A stretch of DNA of 64,000 nucleotides from an uncultured Flavobacterium sp. GTDB lineage: Bacteria; Bacteroidota; Bacteroidia; Flavobacteriales; Flavobacteriaceae. The DNA is taken from the NCBI GenBank assembly GCA_964598455.1, contig CAZRCB010000001.1:11406-75405 (forward strand). The letters run 5' to 3'. Of this stretch, positions 8,794 to 18,710 are shown piece by piece. The notes under the pieces are model-generated. The model was not told where the DNA came from. It ran no database searches and worked only from the letters and a program-made list of their open reading frames with translations. Position numbers and translations under genes: made by a program. Position 1 is the stretch's first letter. The number at the start of each line of letters is the position of its first letter.

Positions 8794-11109
8794 ATGCTAA
8801 CCATCCTTATCTTAATCTTTTTAATAGCTTTTTCACTACTTTTTTTTGGCAATTATACTCAGTCTAAACACTACAAATTTTTAGGACTAATTCCGTTTTC
8901 ACTTTTCGCTTATTTTGTAGTTCAAGCATTTCATATACATCAGGAGCAACAGTTACTCTTCGAACATCCTTGGATTCCTTCTTTAGGTATCAATTTGGAT
9001 TTTAAGCTTGATGGGTTGTCTTTGTTGTTCTCGCTACTCATCACCGGAATTGGAACGCTGGTTTATTTCTATGCTGCTGAATATCTCAAGCATCACCCAT
9101 ACATCAATAGGTTTTATTGTTATCTGACAGTTTTTATGGGGTCTATGTTGGGGTTGGTACTTTCTGACAACCTGATTAGCCTTTTTATTTTCTGGGAACT
9201 CACCAGTATCAGTTCATTTTTCCTTATCGGATTTAATAACGAAGATGAAGTCTCTCAGAAAAGTGCGCTTACTGCTTTAGGCATAACCGGACTCGGTGGC
9301 TTCTTACTCCTTGCAGGTTTTATAGTATTGCATAGCGTGTCGGAGACTTATTCTATCAACGAAATGCTTACTTCCTCAAAAATCATCAGAGATAGTGGGT
9401 TATTTCCCGTTTTATTATTCTTGATTTTTGGTGGAGCTTTTACAAAATCGGCTCAGTTCCCGTTTCATTTCTGGTTGCCAAAGGCAATGGCTGCACCAAC
9501 ACCCGTATCGGCTTATTTGCACTCTGCCACGATGGTAAAGGCTGGTATCTATATCTTAGCGCGGTTTTCACCTCTATTAAACGACGGTTTTCTGTGGCAT
9601 AATACGCTGATGATCGTAGGTGGAATCACTATGTTTTACGGTGCATTTCACAGTATAATCAGGTCAGATATGAAGGCTATTTTAGCCTATTCTACCATTT
9701 CTGCATTGGGAATTATCGTGTTCCTCTTAGGTATAGGCTCTGAGTTGGCAATCTATGCTGCAATGACTTTTATAGCGGTTCATGCGTTGTATAAAGCAAC
9801 ACTTTTTTTAGTCACTGGAATTGTAGACCACGCCACACATAGCCGAGATATTTATCAACTTTCAGGACTCAGAAAAGTAATGCCCTTGGTTTTTGTAGCC
9901 TCTGTTATTGCAGCTTTGTCAAGTGCGGGAATTCCGCTTACTTTCGGGTTTGTCAGTAAAGATTTGATTTATGAATCTACGCTGGCTATGCCGCGCTGGG
10001 CGATTTGGATTACTGCTATTGCTATTTTGACTAATATTTTTCTAGCTACCTCCGGATTTATGGCGGGTATCAAGCCATTTATAGGGAAATTACCTTCAGG
10101 CTTTCTTGAAATCAAAAGACCGAGTCCTTTTTTATGGGTCCCTGTGTTGCTCTTGAGTTTGCTCACGCTCCTCTTTGGGCTGGCTCCTTTTTTAATAGAC
10201 AAAGTACTTCTGAAGTATGCTTTTGAAGCGGTTAACAATCATCCAACAAACCTTTACCTAAAATTGTGGCATGGTTTCGGACTAGTATTATTACTGAGCG
10301 GAAGTACTATTGTTATCGGGATAGTGTTGTTTCTTATTAAAACCAGAAAACCTAGACACAACTTCATCAAAAATACTTTCTCAAGAATTTCACCTGAAGC
10401 AATTTCTGAAATCTCAGTTGAGAAAATAAGAAAATTTGCTTTCTATTATACGTATTTTTTCCAGAATGGCTATCTAAGAAACTACCTACTCACGATTGTC
10501 CTGTTTATAATCGTATTGGTTGGTTACAGACTATTTACAGTTGTTCCGCTTGAGATAAATACCAGTGACTTGTCAGATTTCAGGGTTTATGAGCTGACTA
10601 TTTTTATTATGACCGTAGTAGCTATTTTCTTTACTATACAGACCAAGTCACGACTTACTGCCATCGCTAGTCTTGGCATTGTCGGTTATTGTATCAGCTT
10701 GATTTTTGTATTTTACGGCGCACCGGATTTGGCAATGACCCAATTTACGATTGACACACTTACGGTAGTTTTGTTTGTGTTAGTGCTCTTTAAATTGCCA
10801 CCTTTCTTGAGTTATAAAAGCAAAACCATCGTCATCAGAGATATTGTCGTCTCGGCTACTTTTGGGATGTTGATTACTATTATTACCCTACAAGCTTTAG
10901 TATCACCAGCTACAAAAGAAACTAGCAGGTTTTTTGCGGAGAACGCTTATACCTTAGCCAAAGGAAAGAATATAGTCAATGTCATCTTAGTGGATTTCAG
11001 AGGAATCGATACGATGATTGAGTCATTAGTGCTCGCCATAGCTGCTTTGGGGGTTTATAGTTTATTAAAATACAGTTCGAAAAATGAAGAAGCAGACAAA
11101 AGCCAATAA
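8794..11109 (+). CDS. mnhA: Monovalent cation/H+ antiporter subunit A (MrpA/MnhA, with C-terminal MnhB-like part)
   Basis: This is a large polytopic ORF with NuoL-like strings (FWLPKAMAAPTPVSAYLHSATMVKAGIYIL). It is the first of seven abutting genes with MrpA-G sizes. The start is set to ATG 8794; the track start at 8749 is also possible. Confidence 0.85.
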   Translation: MLTILILIFLIAFSLLFFGNYTQSKHYKFLGLIPFSLFAYFVVQAFHIHQEQQLLFEHPWIPSLGINLDFKLDGLSLLFSLLITGIGTLVYFYAAEYLKHHPYINRFYCYLTVFMGSMLGLVLSDNLISLFIFWELTSISSFFLIGFNNEDEVSQKSALTALGITGLGGFLLLAGFIVLHSVSETYSINEMLTSSKIIRDSGLFPVLLFLIFGGAFTKSAQFPFHFWLPKAMAAPTPVSAYLHSATMVKAGIYILARFSPLLNDGFLWHNTLMIVGGITMFYGAFHSIIRSDMKAILAYSTISALGIIVFLLGIGSELAIYAAMTFIAVHALYKATLFLVTGIVDHATHSRDIYQLSGLRKVMPLVFVASVIAALSSAGIPLTFGFVSKDLIYESTLAMPRWAIWITAIAILTNIFLATSGFMAGIKPFIGKLPSGFLEIKRPSPFLWVPVLLLSLLTLLFGLAPFLIDKVLLKYAFEAVNNHPTNLYLKLWHGFGLVLLLSGSTIVIGIVLFLIKTRKPRHNFIKNTFSRISPEAISEISVEKIRKFAFYYTYFFQNGYLRNYLLTIVLFIIVLVGYRLFTVVPLEINTSDLSDFRVYELTIFIMTVVAIFFTIQTKSRLTAIASLGIVGYCISLIFVFYGAPDLAMTQFTIDTLTVVLFVLVLFKLPPFLSYKSKTIVIRDIVVSATFGMLITIITLQALVSPATKETSRFFAENAYTLAKGKNIVNVILVDFRGIDTMIESLVLAIAALGVYSLLKYSSKNEEADKSQ

Positions 11110-11533
11110 ATACTATCCGAAATCAGATAAAGTAATCTTAAAGACAGCTACTAACTACCTGATTCCACTGTTATTGTTGTTCTCTGTTTTCGTACTCCTC
11201 AGAGGGCATTATCTCTCGGGTGGAGGCTTTGTAGGCGGACTTATCGCTTCAATTGCATTCGTATTACACTCGTTTGCACATACCACAAAACAAACACTCA
11301 AGCTTTTTAAATTCAGCCCAAAGACACTTATCCCCATCGGATTGTCTATATCTATCATCAGCGGATTATTACCTGTGTTTTTTGGGAAAGCCTTTATGAC
11401 TGGGCTTTGGCTAGATGACTCTATAACGGTCATCGGCTCTGTAGGCACAGCACTCTTTTTTGATATTGGGGTTTATCTGGTGGTTATTGGTGTGGTGTTG
11501 ACTATTTTATTCACAATTAAAGAAAACGTATAA
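11084..11533 (+). CDS. mnhB: Na+/H+ antiporter subunit B
   Basis: The protein is 149 aa with the MnhB-domain string LLRGHYLSGGGFVGGL. It overlaps the mnhA end by 26 nt. The subunit is assigned by operon position. Confidence 0.75.
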   Translation: MKKQTKANKYYPKSDKVILKTATNYLIPLLLLFSVFVLLRGHYLSGGGFVGGLIASIAFVLHSFAHTTKQTLKLFKFSPKTLIPIGLSISIISGLLPVFFGKAFMTGLWLDDSITVIGSVGTALFFDIGVYLVVIGVVLTILFTIKENV

Positions 11534-11539
11534 GCTATT

Positions 11540-11893
11540 ATGGAACTTTTGTTAGTATTACTTGTCGGAATTCTTTACTCAGCTGGTGTTTTTATGATGC
11601 TCAGACGTAGTATGGTGAAATTGCTTTTAGGATTAGTCCTGATTGGTAACGGAGCAAATATTCTCATATTTTTGATGGGTGAGCTTACCAAAGGGAAACC
11701 TCCGATTATTGCATCTGACCAAACGCACCTAACTGATATTTATGCAGACCCTGTGCCTCAAGCCTTGATATTGACTGCAATTGTAATAAGCTTTGGGCTG
11801 AGTGCTTTTGCTATTATATTGCTCAAAAAAGTATATTCCACAACGGGTTCAGATGATTTGGATTCATTAAACATTCAGGATTTAGATATATGA
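11540..11893 (+). CDS. mnhC: Na+/H+ antiporter subunit C (NuoK-like)
   Basis: The protein is 117 aa with 3 TM helices. Size and position are typical of MrpC. Confidence 0.8.
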   Translation: MELLLVLLVGILYSAGVFMMLRRSMVKLLLGLVLIGNGANILIFLMGELTKGKPPIIASDQTHLTDIYADPVPQALILTAIVISFGLSAFAIILLKKVYSTTGSDDLDSLNIQDLDI

Positions 11894-13407
11894 TTACCAA
11901 TTTTATACTTGCTCCAATTCTCTCGCATATGATTACTGCTGTGTTGTTGTTGTTGTTTTGGCAACGAACACAAGCACAAAAATTCATTAGTATCATTGGC
12001 AACAGTATCGCTTTTCTATTTTGTGTTCGATTGTTTCTCGCTACACAAGAACACGGCATCTTGACCCTTCAGTCGGGAGGTTGGCAAGCGCCTTTCGGGA
12101 TTACATTTGTATCTGACACCTTTAGCTCAATTATGGTTTTGCTTACTGCAATCATCAGTCTGAGCGTGGGTATCTACTCTACTGCAGCTCTGAGTATCAG
12201 CCGAATAAAATATGGTTATTTCTTTATTTTCCACTTCTTGATGATGGGGCTTTTAGGCTCTTTCTTGACAGGAGATATTTTCAATTTATATGTATGGTTT
12301 GAGGTGGTTATTATCTCGTCATTTGTATTATTGACTCTTGGGGGAAAAAAAATGCAAATGGAAGGCGCTATAAAATACGTAACCATGAATATGTTTGCGT
12401 CTGTGATTTTCTTAACTGCCATCGGAATACTTTATGGCATTACTGGTACGCTGAATATGGCTGATTTATCATTGAAAGTTGCCGCCATCGAAAACAAAGG
12501 ATTGGTCTCGGTAACTGCACTACTTTTCTTTATCGGTTTCGGAATTAAATCAGCTGTATTTCCGCTGTATTTCTGGTTGCCCTCATCTTATCACACGCCG
12601 CCATCTGCCATCGGAGCGATATTTGGAGGTCTATTGACTAAAATGGGGATTTATGCCATGATACGTGTGTTCACGCTCGTATTCCAACCCGATGATTTTA
12701 TCAAAAAGGTATTTATAGCCGTAGCGGTTCTGACCATGATAACCGGAGCTTTAGGAACCATCAACAAACAAAACATCAAAAGAATTTTGTCTTTTCTGAT
12801 TGTATGTCATATCGGATATTTAGTGGGTGGATTAGGGCTTTATACTGAAATTGCAATGGTTGGGGTTATCTTTTATCTGATGCACGATGTGATCGTAAAG
12901 AGCAACTTATTTATGATTGCTGGGATAATCCAAAAAATCAGAGAAAGCCTTGTGATGAGTCGCCTTGGCGGATTATATAAAGATTATCCAAAACTATCAT
13001 TAGTGATGGCAATTGCTATCTTCTCGCTTATCGGAATTCCGCCACTCTCAGGATTTTGGCCGAAGATTCAATTCTTTGGGGAATCCATAAAAGCAGCGCA
13101 GTGGTTTTTGTTAGGTGGCTATATCATCGCTAGTTTTGTCACTCTTTATGTAATGGCTAGGTTTTGGTCTGAGGTGTTCTGGAAAGAATCTCCGAAGCCT
13201 TTAACCGATAAGATTGACCACTTTGCACACCTTAGTTTTATGAATAAATTTGCGCTAATTGCGCCTATTACCTTTTTATCTTTGGTATCTTTATACATTG
13301 GTTTAAATGCTGAGAGTGTTTATATAATTGCACAAAAGACGGCTCACGAGCTAATGAATCCGTCATATTATATCGATGCTGTCTTACAAAACAACTTCAA
13401 ACGATGA
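11890..13407 (+). CDS. mnhD: Na+/H+ antiporter subunit D (NuoM/N-like proton-conducting subunit)
   Basis: The protein is 505 aa with the string FWLPSSYHTPPSAIGAIFGGLLTKMGIYAMIR. An ATGA start/stop overlap with mnhC suggests translational coupling. Confidence 0.85.
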   Translation: MITNFILAPILSHMITAVLLLLFWQRTQAQKFISIIGNSIAFLFCVRLFLATQEHGILTLQSGGWQAPFGITFVSDTFSSIMVLLTAIISLSVGIYSTAALSISRIKYGYFFIFHFLMMGLLGSFLTGDIFNLYVWFEVVIISSFVLLTLGGKKMQMEGAIKYVTMNMFASVIFLTAIGILYGITGTLNMADLSLKVAAIENKGLVSVTALLFFIGFGIKSAVFPLYFWLPSSYHTPPSAIGAIFGGLLTKMGIYAMIRVFTLVFQPDDFIKKVFIAVAVLTMITGALGTINKQNIKRILSFLIVCHIGYLVGGLGLYTEIAMVGVIFYLMHDVIVKSNLFMIAGIIQKIRESLVMSRLGGLYKDYPKLSLVMAIAIFSLIGIPPLSGFWPKIQFFGESIKAAQWFLLGGYIIASFVTLYVMARFWSEVFWKESPKPLTDKIDHFAHLSFMNKFALIAPITFLSLVSLYIGLNAESVYIIAQKTAHELMNPSYYIDAVLQNNFKR

Positions 13408-13886
13408 TTAAAAACTTCTTACTTAACCTCTTGTTGTCATTGGTTTGGGTAGCCCTAACCGGACATCTGAATTACTCCAATTTTCTTTTTGGTTTTGTAA
13501 TGGGATTCTTCATTCTTTGGATGCTTACGAGAGCTTCGGGGGAAAAGGAAAAAGATTATTTTTATAGAGTGCCTAAAATTATATTTTTCTTCTTACACTT
13601 CTTTGTAGATATGATTAGGGCGAATATAGAAGTAGCTAAAGAAATCATCACCCCAGAGCTAAATATGACTCCAGGGGTAATCGCCTATGAGCACAGCCTG
13701 AGGACAGACTTCGAAATAACTATGCTTACTAACCTAATCGCACTGACGCCTGGAACGATGGTTTTGAAAATCAGTGAAGACAAGAAAATCTTATATATAC
13801 ACGGACTTTACTTGAAAGACAGAGAAAAGTTTGTACTCAAAATAAAAAACGACTTAGAGAAAAAACTAATAGAAATTGTACGCTAA
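13404..13886 (+). CDS. mnhE: Na+/H+ antiporter subunit E
   Basis: The protein is 160 aa. It has an ATGA overlap with mnhD, and its size and position fit MrpE. Confidence 0.75.
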   Translation: MIKNFLLNLLLSLVWVALTGHLNYSNFLFGFVMGFFILWMLTRASGEKEKDYFYRVPKIIFFFLHFFVDMIRANIEVAKEIITPELNMTPGVIAYEHSLRTDFEITMLTNLIALTPGTMVLKISEDKKILYIHGLYLKDREKFVLKIKNDLEKKLIEIVR

Positions 13887-14161
13887 TGACCGTAGAAAAA
13901 TATTTGATGTGGGTCGTAATTCCTATTATATGTCTTTCGTTACTTATAATAGTGATTCGGTTTTTGAAAGGCCCAAACGTAGCCGATCGCGTAATTGCTT
14001 TAGACTTAATCATCTCTTCTGGTGTAGGTCTTATTGGCGTGTTTAGCCTTATTTCTAATGACCCAACATTTCTAGACACAGCTATGATTTTGGCACTCAT
14101 CGCCTTCTTGAGTACGATTGCTTTTGCATATTATTTAGATAAAAGAGATAAAGATGAATGA
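13886..14161 (+). CDS. mnhF: Cation:proton antiporter subunit F
   Basis: The protein is 91 aa with 3 TM helices. It has a TAATG overlap with mnhE. Confidence 0.75.
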   Translation: MTVEKYLMWVVIPIICLSLLIIVIRFLKGPNVADRVIALDLIISSGVGLIGVFSLISNDPTFLDTAMILALIAFLSTIAFAYYLDKRDKDE

Positions 14162-14564
14162 TTTTTTGATAATGCTTTTCACCACATTAGGCGCAATTTT
14201 TATACTTATTGCGGCTTTAGGTATTTATAGAATGCCTGATTTTTATACTAGACTATCTGTAACCGTAAAGGCTTCTACGCTTGGCGTAGGCTGTATTTTG
14301 ACTGCTGTAGCTATTCACTTTTCGGAGTTCTCAATAACCACTAAAGTATTGGCAGTAATTTTCTTTTTGTTTATCACCTCTCCTGTAGCGGCCTTCCTAA
14401 TCGCTAGAAGCGCTTATGTAAGCGGCATCAAACTCTGGGATAAATCCGTTAGGGATGAGCTAAAACAAGCCATCGAGCAAAGACAAGAAAAAATCAATCT
14501 AGAGATAAAAAAAGAAAAGTTACAGAAACACATCGAAAAAGAAACCGATACTACTCAAGAATAA
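14154..14564 (+). CDS. mnhG: Monovalent cation/H+ antiporter subunit G
   Basis: The protein is 136 aa with 3 TM helices plus a charged C-terminal tail. It overlaps mnhF by 8 nt and is the last gene of the operon. Confidence 0.75.
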   Translation: MNDFLIMLFTTLGAIFILIAALGIYRMPDFYTRLSVTVKASTLGVGCILTAVAIHFSEFSITTKVLAVIFFLFITSPVAAFLIARSAYVSGIKLWDKSVRDELKQAIEQRQEKINLEIKKEKLQKHIEKETDTTQE

Positions 14565-14573
14565 TCAGAAGCT

Positions 14574-15143
14574 ATGACCAATATCAATACCGAAGTAAAA
14601 AACGCCTACGAAGTCATCCAAAACGGTGGAATCATACTTTATCCTACAGATACAGTGTGGGGAATTGGCTGTGATGCGACTAATCCCGAAGCCATAAAAA
14701 AAATATACTCCCTCAAAAAAAGAGCTGAATCAAAGAGTATGATTATCTTAATCAGCGGTGATAGAATGCTTTATCAGGTGTTCAACGAAATTCCTGAGAC
14801 GGCTTTTCAGATTTGGGAGCTATCAGACAAACCCACTACGCTAATCCTAGATAAACCTCGAAACATAGCCAAGGAACTCATCGCCAATGACGATTCTGTT
14901 GGGGTTAGAATTGTCAAAGAACCCTTTTGCTTTAACCTGATGGAACGCATGAAAAAACCACTGGTTTCTACTTCTGCAAACATTAGCGGAGCCGCAACAC
15001 CGAGTTCGTTTTCTGAAATTGACCCTGAAATTATAAAAGGTGTGGATTATGTAGTAAATTTGCATCAAAATATAAAAATGGCTAAACCCTCAACGATCAT
15101 AAAACTTACCTTAGATCAAAGAGTGGCTATTATCAGAAAATAA
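14574..15143 (+). CDS. tsaC: L-threonylcarbamoyladenylate synthase (YrdC/TsaC family)
   Basis: The protein is 189 aa. The strings YPTDTVWGIGCDATN, KKRAESKSMIILI and VSTSANISG are the YrdC-domain hallmarks. Confidence 0.8.
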   Translation: MTNINTEVKNAYEVIQNGGIILYPTDTVWGIGCDATNPEAIKKIYSLKKRAESKSMIILISGDRMLYQVFNEIPETAFQIWELSDKPTTLILDKPRNIAKELIANDDSVGVRIVKEPFCFNLMERMKKPLVSTSANISGAATPSSFSEIDPEIIKGVDYVVNLHQNIKMAKPSTIIKLTLDQRVAIIRK

Positions 15144-15198
15144 AACCCGTTACAAAAGGTGGTTTTAAAACAAAACGCGAACAAAACTAATTTATTCC

Positions 15199-16623
15199 TT
15201 GGAACCAAACTACATACAAGCCCTTTCAAATCCCATCTTTCAAATTATTGCTGACGCTGCCCAAGAACTCGATTTAGAGACCTATGTTATTGGTGGCTTT
15301 GTTAGGGATTTTTTCCTGGATAGAGGACATAAAAAAGATATTGACATCGTGGCTATTGGCAGCGGAATAGCGCTCGCCAAGAAAGTTTCTGAGCGATTGC
15401 CCAATCAACCAAAAGTACAGGTTTTTAGCAACTACGGCACAGCAATGCTAAGATACAAAGACATCGATATCGAGTTTGTGGGTGCGCGTAGAGAATCATA
15501 TAGCACTGATAGTCGAAATCCAATCGTGGAGAACGGAACGCTGCAAGACGACCAAAACCGTAGGGATTTCACTATAAACGCCTTGGCATTATCGTTGAAT
15601 AAAAATAATTTTGGCGCACTACTCGATCCTTTTGATGGCCTGACCGATTTGGCTAATAAATGTATTAGAACACCATTAGATCCAAACATAACCTATTCTG
15701 ATGATCCGCTTCGAATGATGCGAGCCATCAGATTTGCATCACAGCTACACTTTGAGATTGATGATAAATCATTGGTTTCGATTTCAGAAAACAAAGAGCG
15801 CATCAGTATCGTTTCTGGTGAGCGCATTGTTGAAGAACTCAACAAAATATTACTTTCAGAAAAACCTTCTATCGGATTTCTATTGTTGTATAAAACAGGC
15901 TTGTTAGATATTATTCTACCTGAATTAACAGCGCTGAATAGCGTTGAGGAAATTGATGGGCATACACACAAAAACAACTTTTATCACAGCTTAGAAGTAC
16001 TAGATAACATCGCTCCGAATACAGACAACTTATGGCTGAGATGGGCAGCACTTTTGCACGATATTGGTAAAGCACCTACCAGAAGATACAGCAAAAAACA
16101 AGGATGGACCTTCCATGGTCATGAGTTTTTAGGGAGCAAAATGGTCAGAACAATATTTACCAGACTTCATATGCCACTCAACCAAAAAATGAAATATGTA
16201 GCCAAAATGGTAATGATGAGTTCAAGACCTATAGTCATCGCTCAGGAAGAAATTACAGATTCGGCTGTGAGGAGATTGGTATTTGATGCCGGACAAGACA
16301 TCGAGGATTTGATGGTTTTATGTGAAGCTGATATCACTACTAAAAACAAAAAGAAGTTCGACAAATACCACAACAACTTCAAAATAGTTCGCAAGAAAAT
16401 TATTGAAGTAGAAGAAAAAGACAGAGTAAGGAACTTCCAACCTCCGATCTCAGGCGAAGAAATTATGAAGATTTTTGGGCTAAGTCCTTCTAAAGAAATT
16501 GGCATTCTCAAAGAAGCTGTCAAAGAAGCTATACTCGAGGGTGAAATCTCGAATGAATATCAAGAAGCCTATGACTTTGTGATCAAAAAAGCAGAGAAAC
16601 TGAATCTCAGACCACTCGACTAA
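15199..16623 (+). CDS. tRNA nucleotidyltransferase (CCA-adding / poly(A) polymerase family) with HD domain
   Basis: The protein is 474 aa with a TTG start. The head-domain string is GGFVRDFFLDRGHKKDIDIV, with RRDFTINALA. An HD region follows (LLHDIGK). Confidence 0.8.
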   Translation: MEPNYIQALSNPIFQIIADAAQELDLETYVIGGFVRDFFLDRGHKKDIDIVAIGSGIALAKKVSERLPNQPKVQVFSNYGTAMLRYKDIDIEFVGARRESYSTDSRNPIVENGTLQDDQNRRDFTINALALSLNKNNFGALLDPFDGLTDLANKCIRTPLDPNITYSDDPLRMMRAIRFASQLHFEIDDKSLVSISENKERISIVSGERIVEELNKILLSEKPSIGFLLLYKTGLLDIILPELTALNSVEEIDGHTHKNNFYHSLEVLDNIAPNTDNLWLRWAALLHDIGKAPTRRYSKKQGWTFHGHEFLGSKMVRTIFTRLHMPLNQKMKYVAKMVMMSSRPIVIAQEEITDSAVRRLVFDAGQDIEDLMVLCEADITTKNKKKFDKYHNNFKIVRKKIIEVEEKDRVRNFQPPISGEEIMKIFGLSPSKEIGILKEAVKEAILEGEISNEYQEAYDFVIKKAEKLNLRPLD

Positions 16624-16628
16624 AGCAT

Positions 16629-18551
16629 TTAATTCATTAACATCGCAAATCCGTAGCGTTTCATTTCGTTCGCTTTTTCAGGCATGGATTTGATATAGTT
16701 AGTTTTGTCATTTGACTTATACTTATAGAGGTATTCTTGCCCATTTCTGTTCCAGATATAAAAATATTCTTCATCGAGTACGCCCAACTTGTCATCAGCA
16801 GAGAAATAGGCGTATTTTCTGGGGTGAATATCAAAATCTATCCCCAAAGTCTGTTTGTTATCTATACCTAAATACGAATAAATCATCGCTGGTGTATCGA
16901 TTTGAAGTCCGATGTTGTCGACTCTTTTTGGTGTGAGTTTTCCTGGCGCATAAAACAGATAAGGTGTATGGTGATAACTCAGCGCAATTTCATAAGGACT
17001 GACGCCTTTATAGGCGCCGTGATCAGCTACGAAAACAAAAAGGGTATTGTCAAACCAATCCGACTTCTTGGCGTCATGGATAAACTTGCCAATAGCCCAA
17101 TCTGAATATTCTACCATTTTATCTTTCATCTCTTTAGATTTTGTCTTTAGAGGAATATCCGTTGGCAGTACGAAAGGTGTGTGAAAACTACCCGTTAGTA
17201 CAGAAACAAAAAATGGTTTTTCGCTCTTTTTGGTATTGAGTTCATCGATAATTCTGTCAAACATCACGTGGTCAGGCACGCCCATAGTGCTCTTTACTTC
17301 TGCACTGTCATAATCTTGCACCGAAACAATTTTCTCAGCTCCGTTAGCCGATAAGAACCCGCCGATATTATCAAACTGGTCATCGTGAGTGGTGAAATAA
17401 TACGTGTTATAGCCTCTTTCTTTTAGCACTGAATGTAATCCTCCTTTAACCTCTGGAATAACAGTATAGTGCATCGTATGTTTATCCATCAGCGCAGGTT
17501 GGCCAAAAAGCGAAGAATATACACCGTTATAAGTGTGAATACCTGCGGTATAAACTTGGTCATACGAAACGGACTCGTGAATGAGTCGGTCAAAATTAGG
17601 TGTGAGTTTTTCAGCCCCAAAGTCTCTGATAAAGCAAGTTCCGAAAGACTCCATCATCACTAAAACCACATTGGTGTTTTCGTCAAACACTAATTCTCTT
17701 TTGCCAATAGCTGTAGCTCTCATCCGCTCAAACTCAGCTTTTACGAATACCTGAGTTTCTGATTTATCCATCAGATGCAGTTCGCTTTTAGCAAGTTTTG
17801 CTTTTTCTTCTATACTTTTGATAAAAGTAAAAACCGGGTTTAGACCCATTTGATTAATCATTGGGTTATTTGAAAAATAAGCTGTACCCACACGAATAGG
17901 CGATTTTTGTTCTAAGCGCCCACGAATACCTAAGAATAAAAACCCAAGTAAAAGTACCGATACAAAACCAGTAACTATTTTAATGTTTGAAGCGGGTTGT
18001 ACAGGTGTTTTTTGGGTCTGTGGTTCTAGGTAACCTCTAAACACCTTTCGCATTACAAAAGAATAAATAATAATAATTAAAATTAACCTAACCAATGACA
18101 TTAAGTAAATAGGGTCTTGAAGAATCATCTTAAATACAAAGCTCGGACTATCCATCCAGGCGAGACCTTGTACCGTAAATCGATTGAAAAAGAATTTGAA
18201 ATACTGAATATCAATCAGCGAAATTATAAAACAAATAGAGAAAATCGTAACGCTAAAATAATGGACGATTCTATAATAAAGTTTGTTCTTGATATTGAAT
18301 AGATAACCTATCAAAAGTGACAGAAAAACGGGTGCCAAAACATAACAAGCAATGACTGTATCAAATCTGAAACCCATCACAAATGCTTTGAAGATCAACC
18401 AAAAACCTTGAGATTCTTCTTCTAAGATAGCTCTAAAAACCTCCATATTCAAAGGCACTATCACCAACCTAAACAGAAAGAAAAAACATATAACGACTAG
18501 ATATGAAACAAGTACATAGAGAATAGGCTTTGGCAAAGCATATTTTTTCAT
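16629..18551 (-). CDS. LTA synthase family protein (membrane-anchored sulfatase-type transferase)
   Basis: The protein is 640 aa. It has about 5 N-terminal TM helices and then an alkaline-phosphatase/sulfatase-like domain (VVLVMMESF...FVADHGA). Confidence 0.75.
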   Translation of the reverse strand: MKKYALPKPILYVLVSYLVVICFFFLFRLVIVPLNMEVFRAILEEESQGFWLIFKAFVMGFRFDTVIACYVLAPVFLSLLIGYLFNIKNKLYYRIVHYFSVTIFSICFIISLIDIQYFKFFFNRFTVQGLAWMDSPSFVFKMILQDPIYLMSLVRLILIIIIYSFVMRKVFRGYLEPQTQKTPVQPASNIKIVTGFVSVLLLGFLFLGIRGRLEQKSPIRVGTAYFSNNPMINQMGLNPVFTFIKSIEEKAKLAKSELHLMDKSETQVFVKAEFERMRATAIGKRELVFDENTNVVLVMMESFGTCFIRDFGAEKLTPNFDRLIHESVSYDQVYTAGIHTYNGVYSSLFGQPALMDKHTMHYTVIPEVKGGLHSVLKERGYNTYYFTTHDDQFDNIGGFLSANGAEKIVSVQDYDSAEVKSTMGVPDHVMFDRIIDELNTKKSEKPFFVSVLTGSFHTPFVLPTDIPLKTKSKEMKDKMVEYSDWAIGKFIHDAKKSDWFDNTLFVFVADHGAYKGVSPYEIALSYHHTPYLFYAPGKLTPKRVDNIGLQIDTPAMIYSYLGIDNKQTLGIDFDIHPRKYAYFSADDKLGVLDEEYFYIWNRNGQEYLYKYKSNDKTNYIKSMPEKANEMKRYGFAMLMN

Positions 18552-18640
18552 AAATCACAAAATTTTATCTCACAAAGTAACAATTTATTTACAACCTGAG
18601 CCAATACTACAAACACTTTTCTAAATATATCACCATAGTG

Positions 18641-18690
18641 CCTATAAACAAACTATCACCAGCAAGTTAAGTTAAACTTATTGGTGATAG
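18641..18690 (-). terminator. Terminator hairpin after the efflux operon
   Basis: CTATCACCA / TGGTGATAG forms a 9-bp stem (18653-18661 / 18682-18690) with a structured 20-nt loop. On the minus strand it is followed by TTTGTTTAT, and it lies just downstream of the TolC stop. Confidence 0.5.
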
Positions 18691-18710
18691 CAATTGTATA
18701 TTTCTGTTAG

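Noticed and set aside
9969-12422. Minus-strand ORFs 9969..10238, 11209..11448, 11823..12059 and 12216..12422 inside the Mrp operon.
   Set aside because: They are antisense to long membrane-protein ORFs with NuoL/M/N-type signatures. This is typical shadow-ORF composition.
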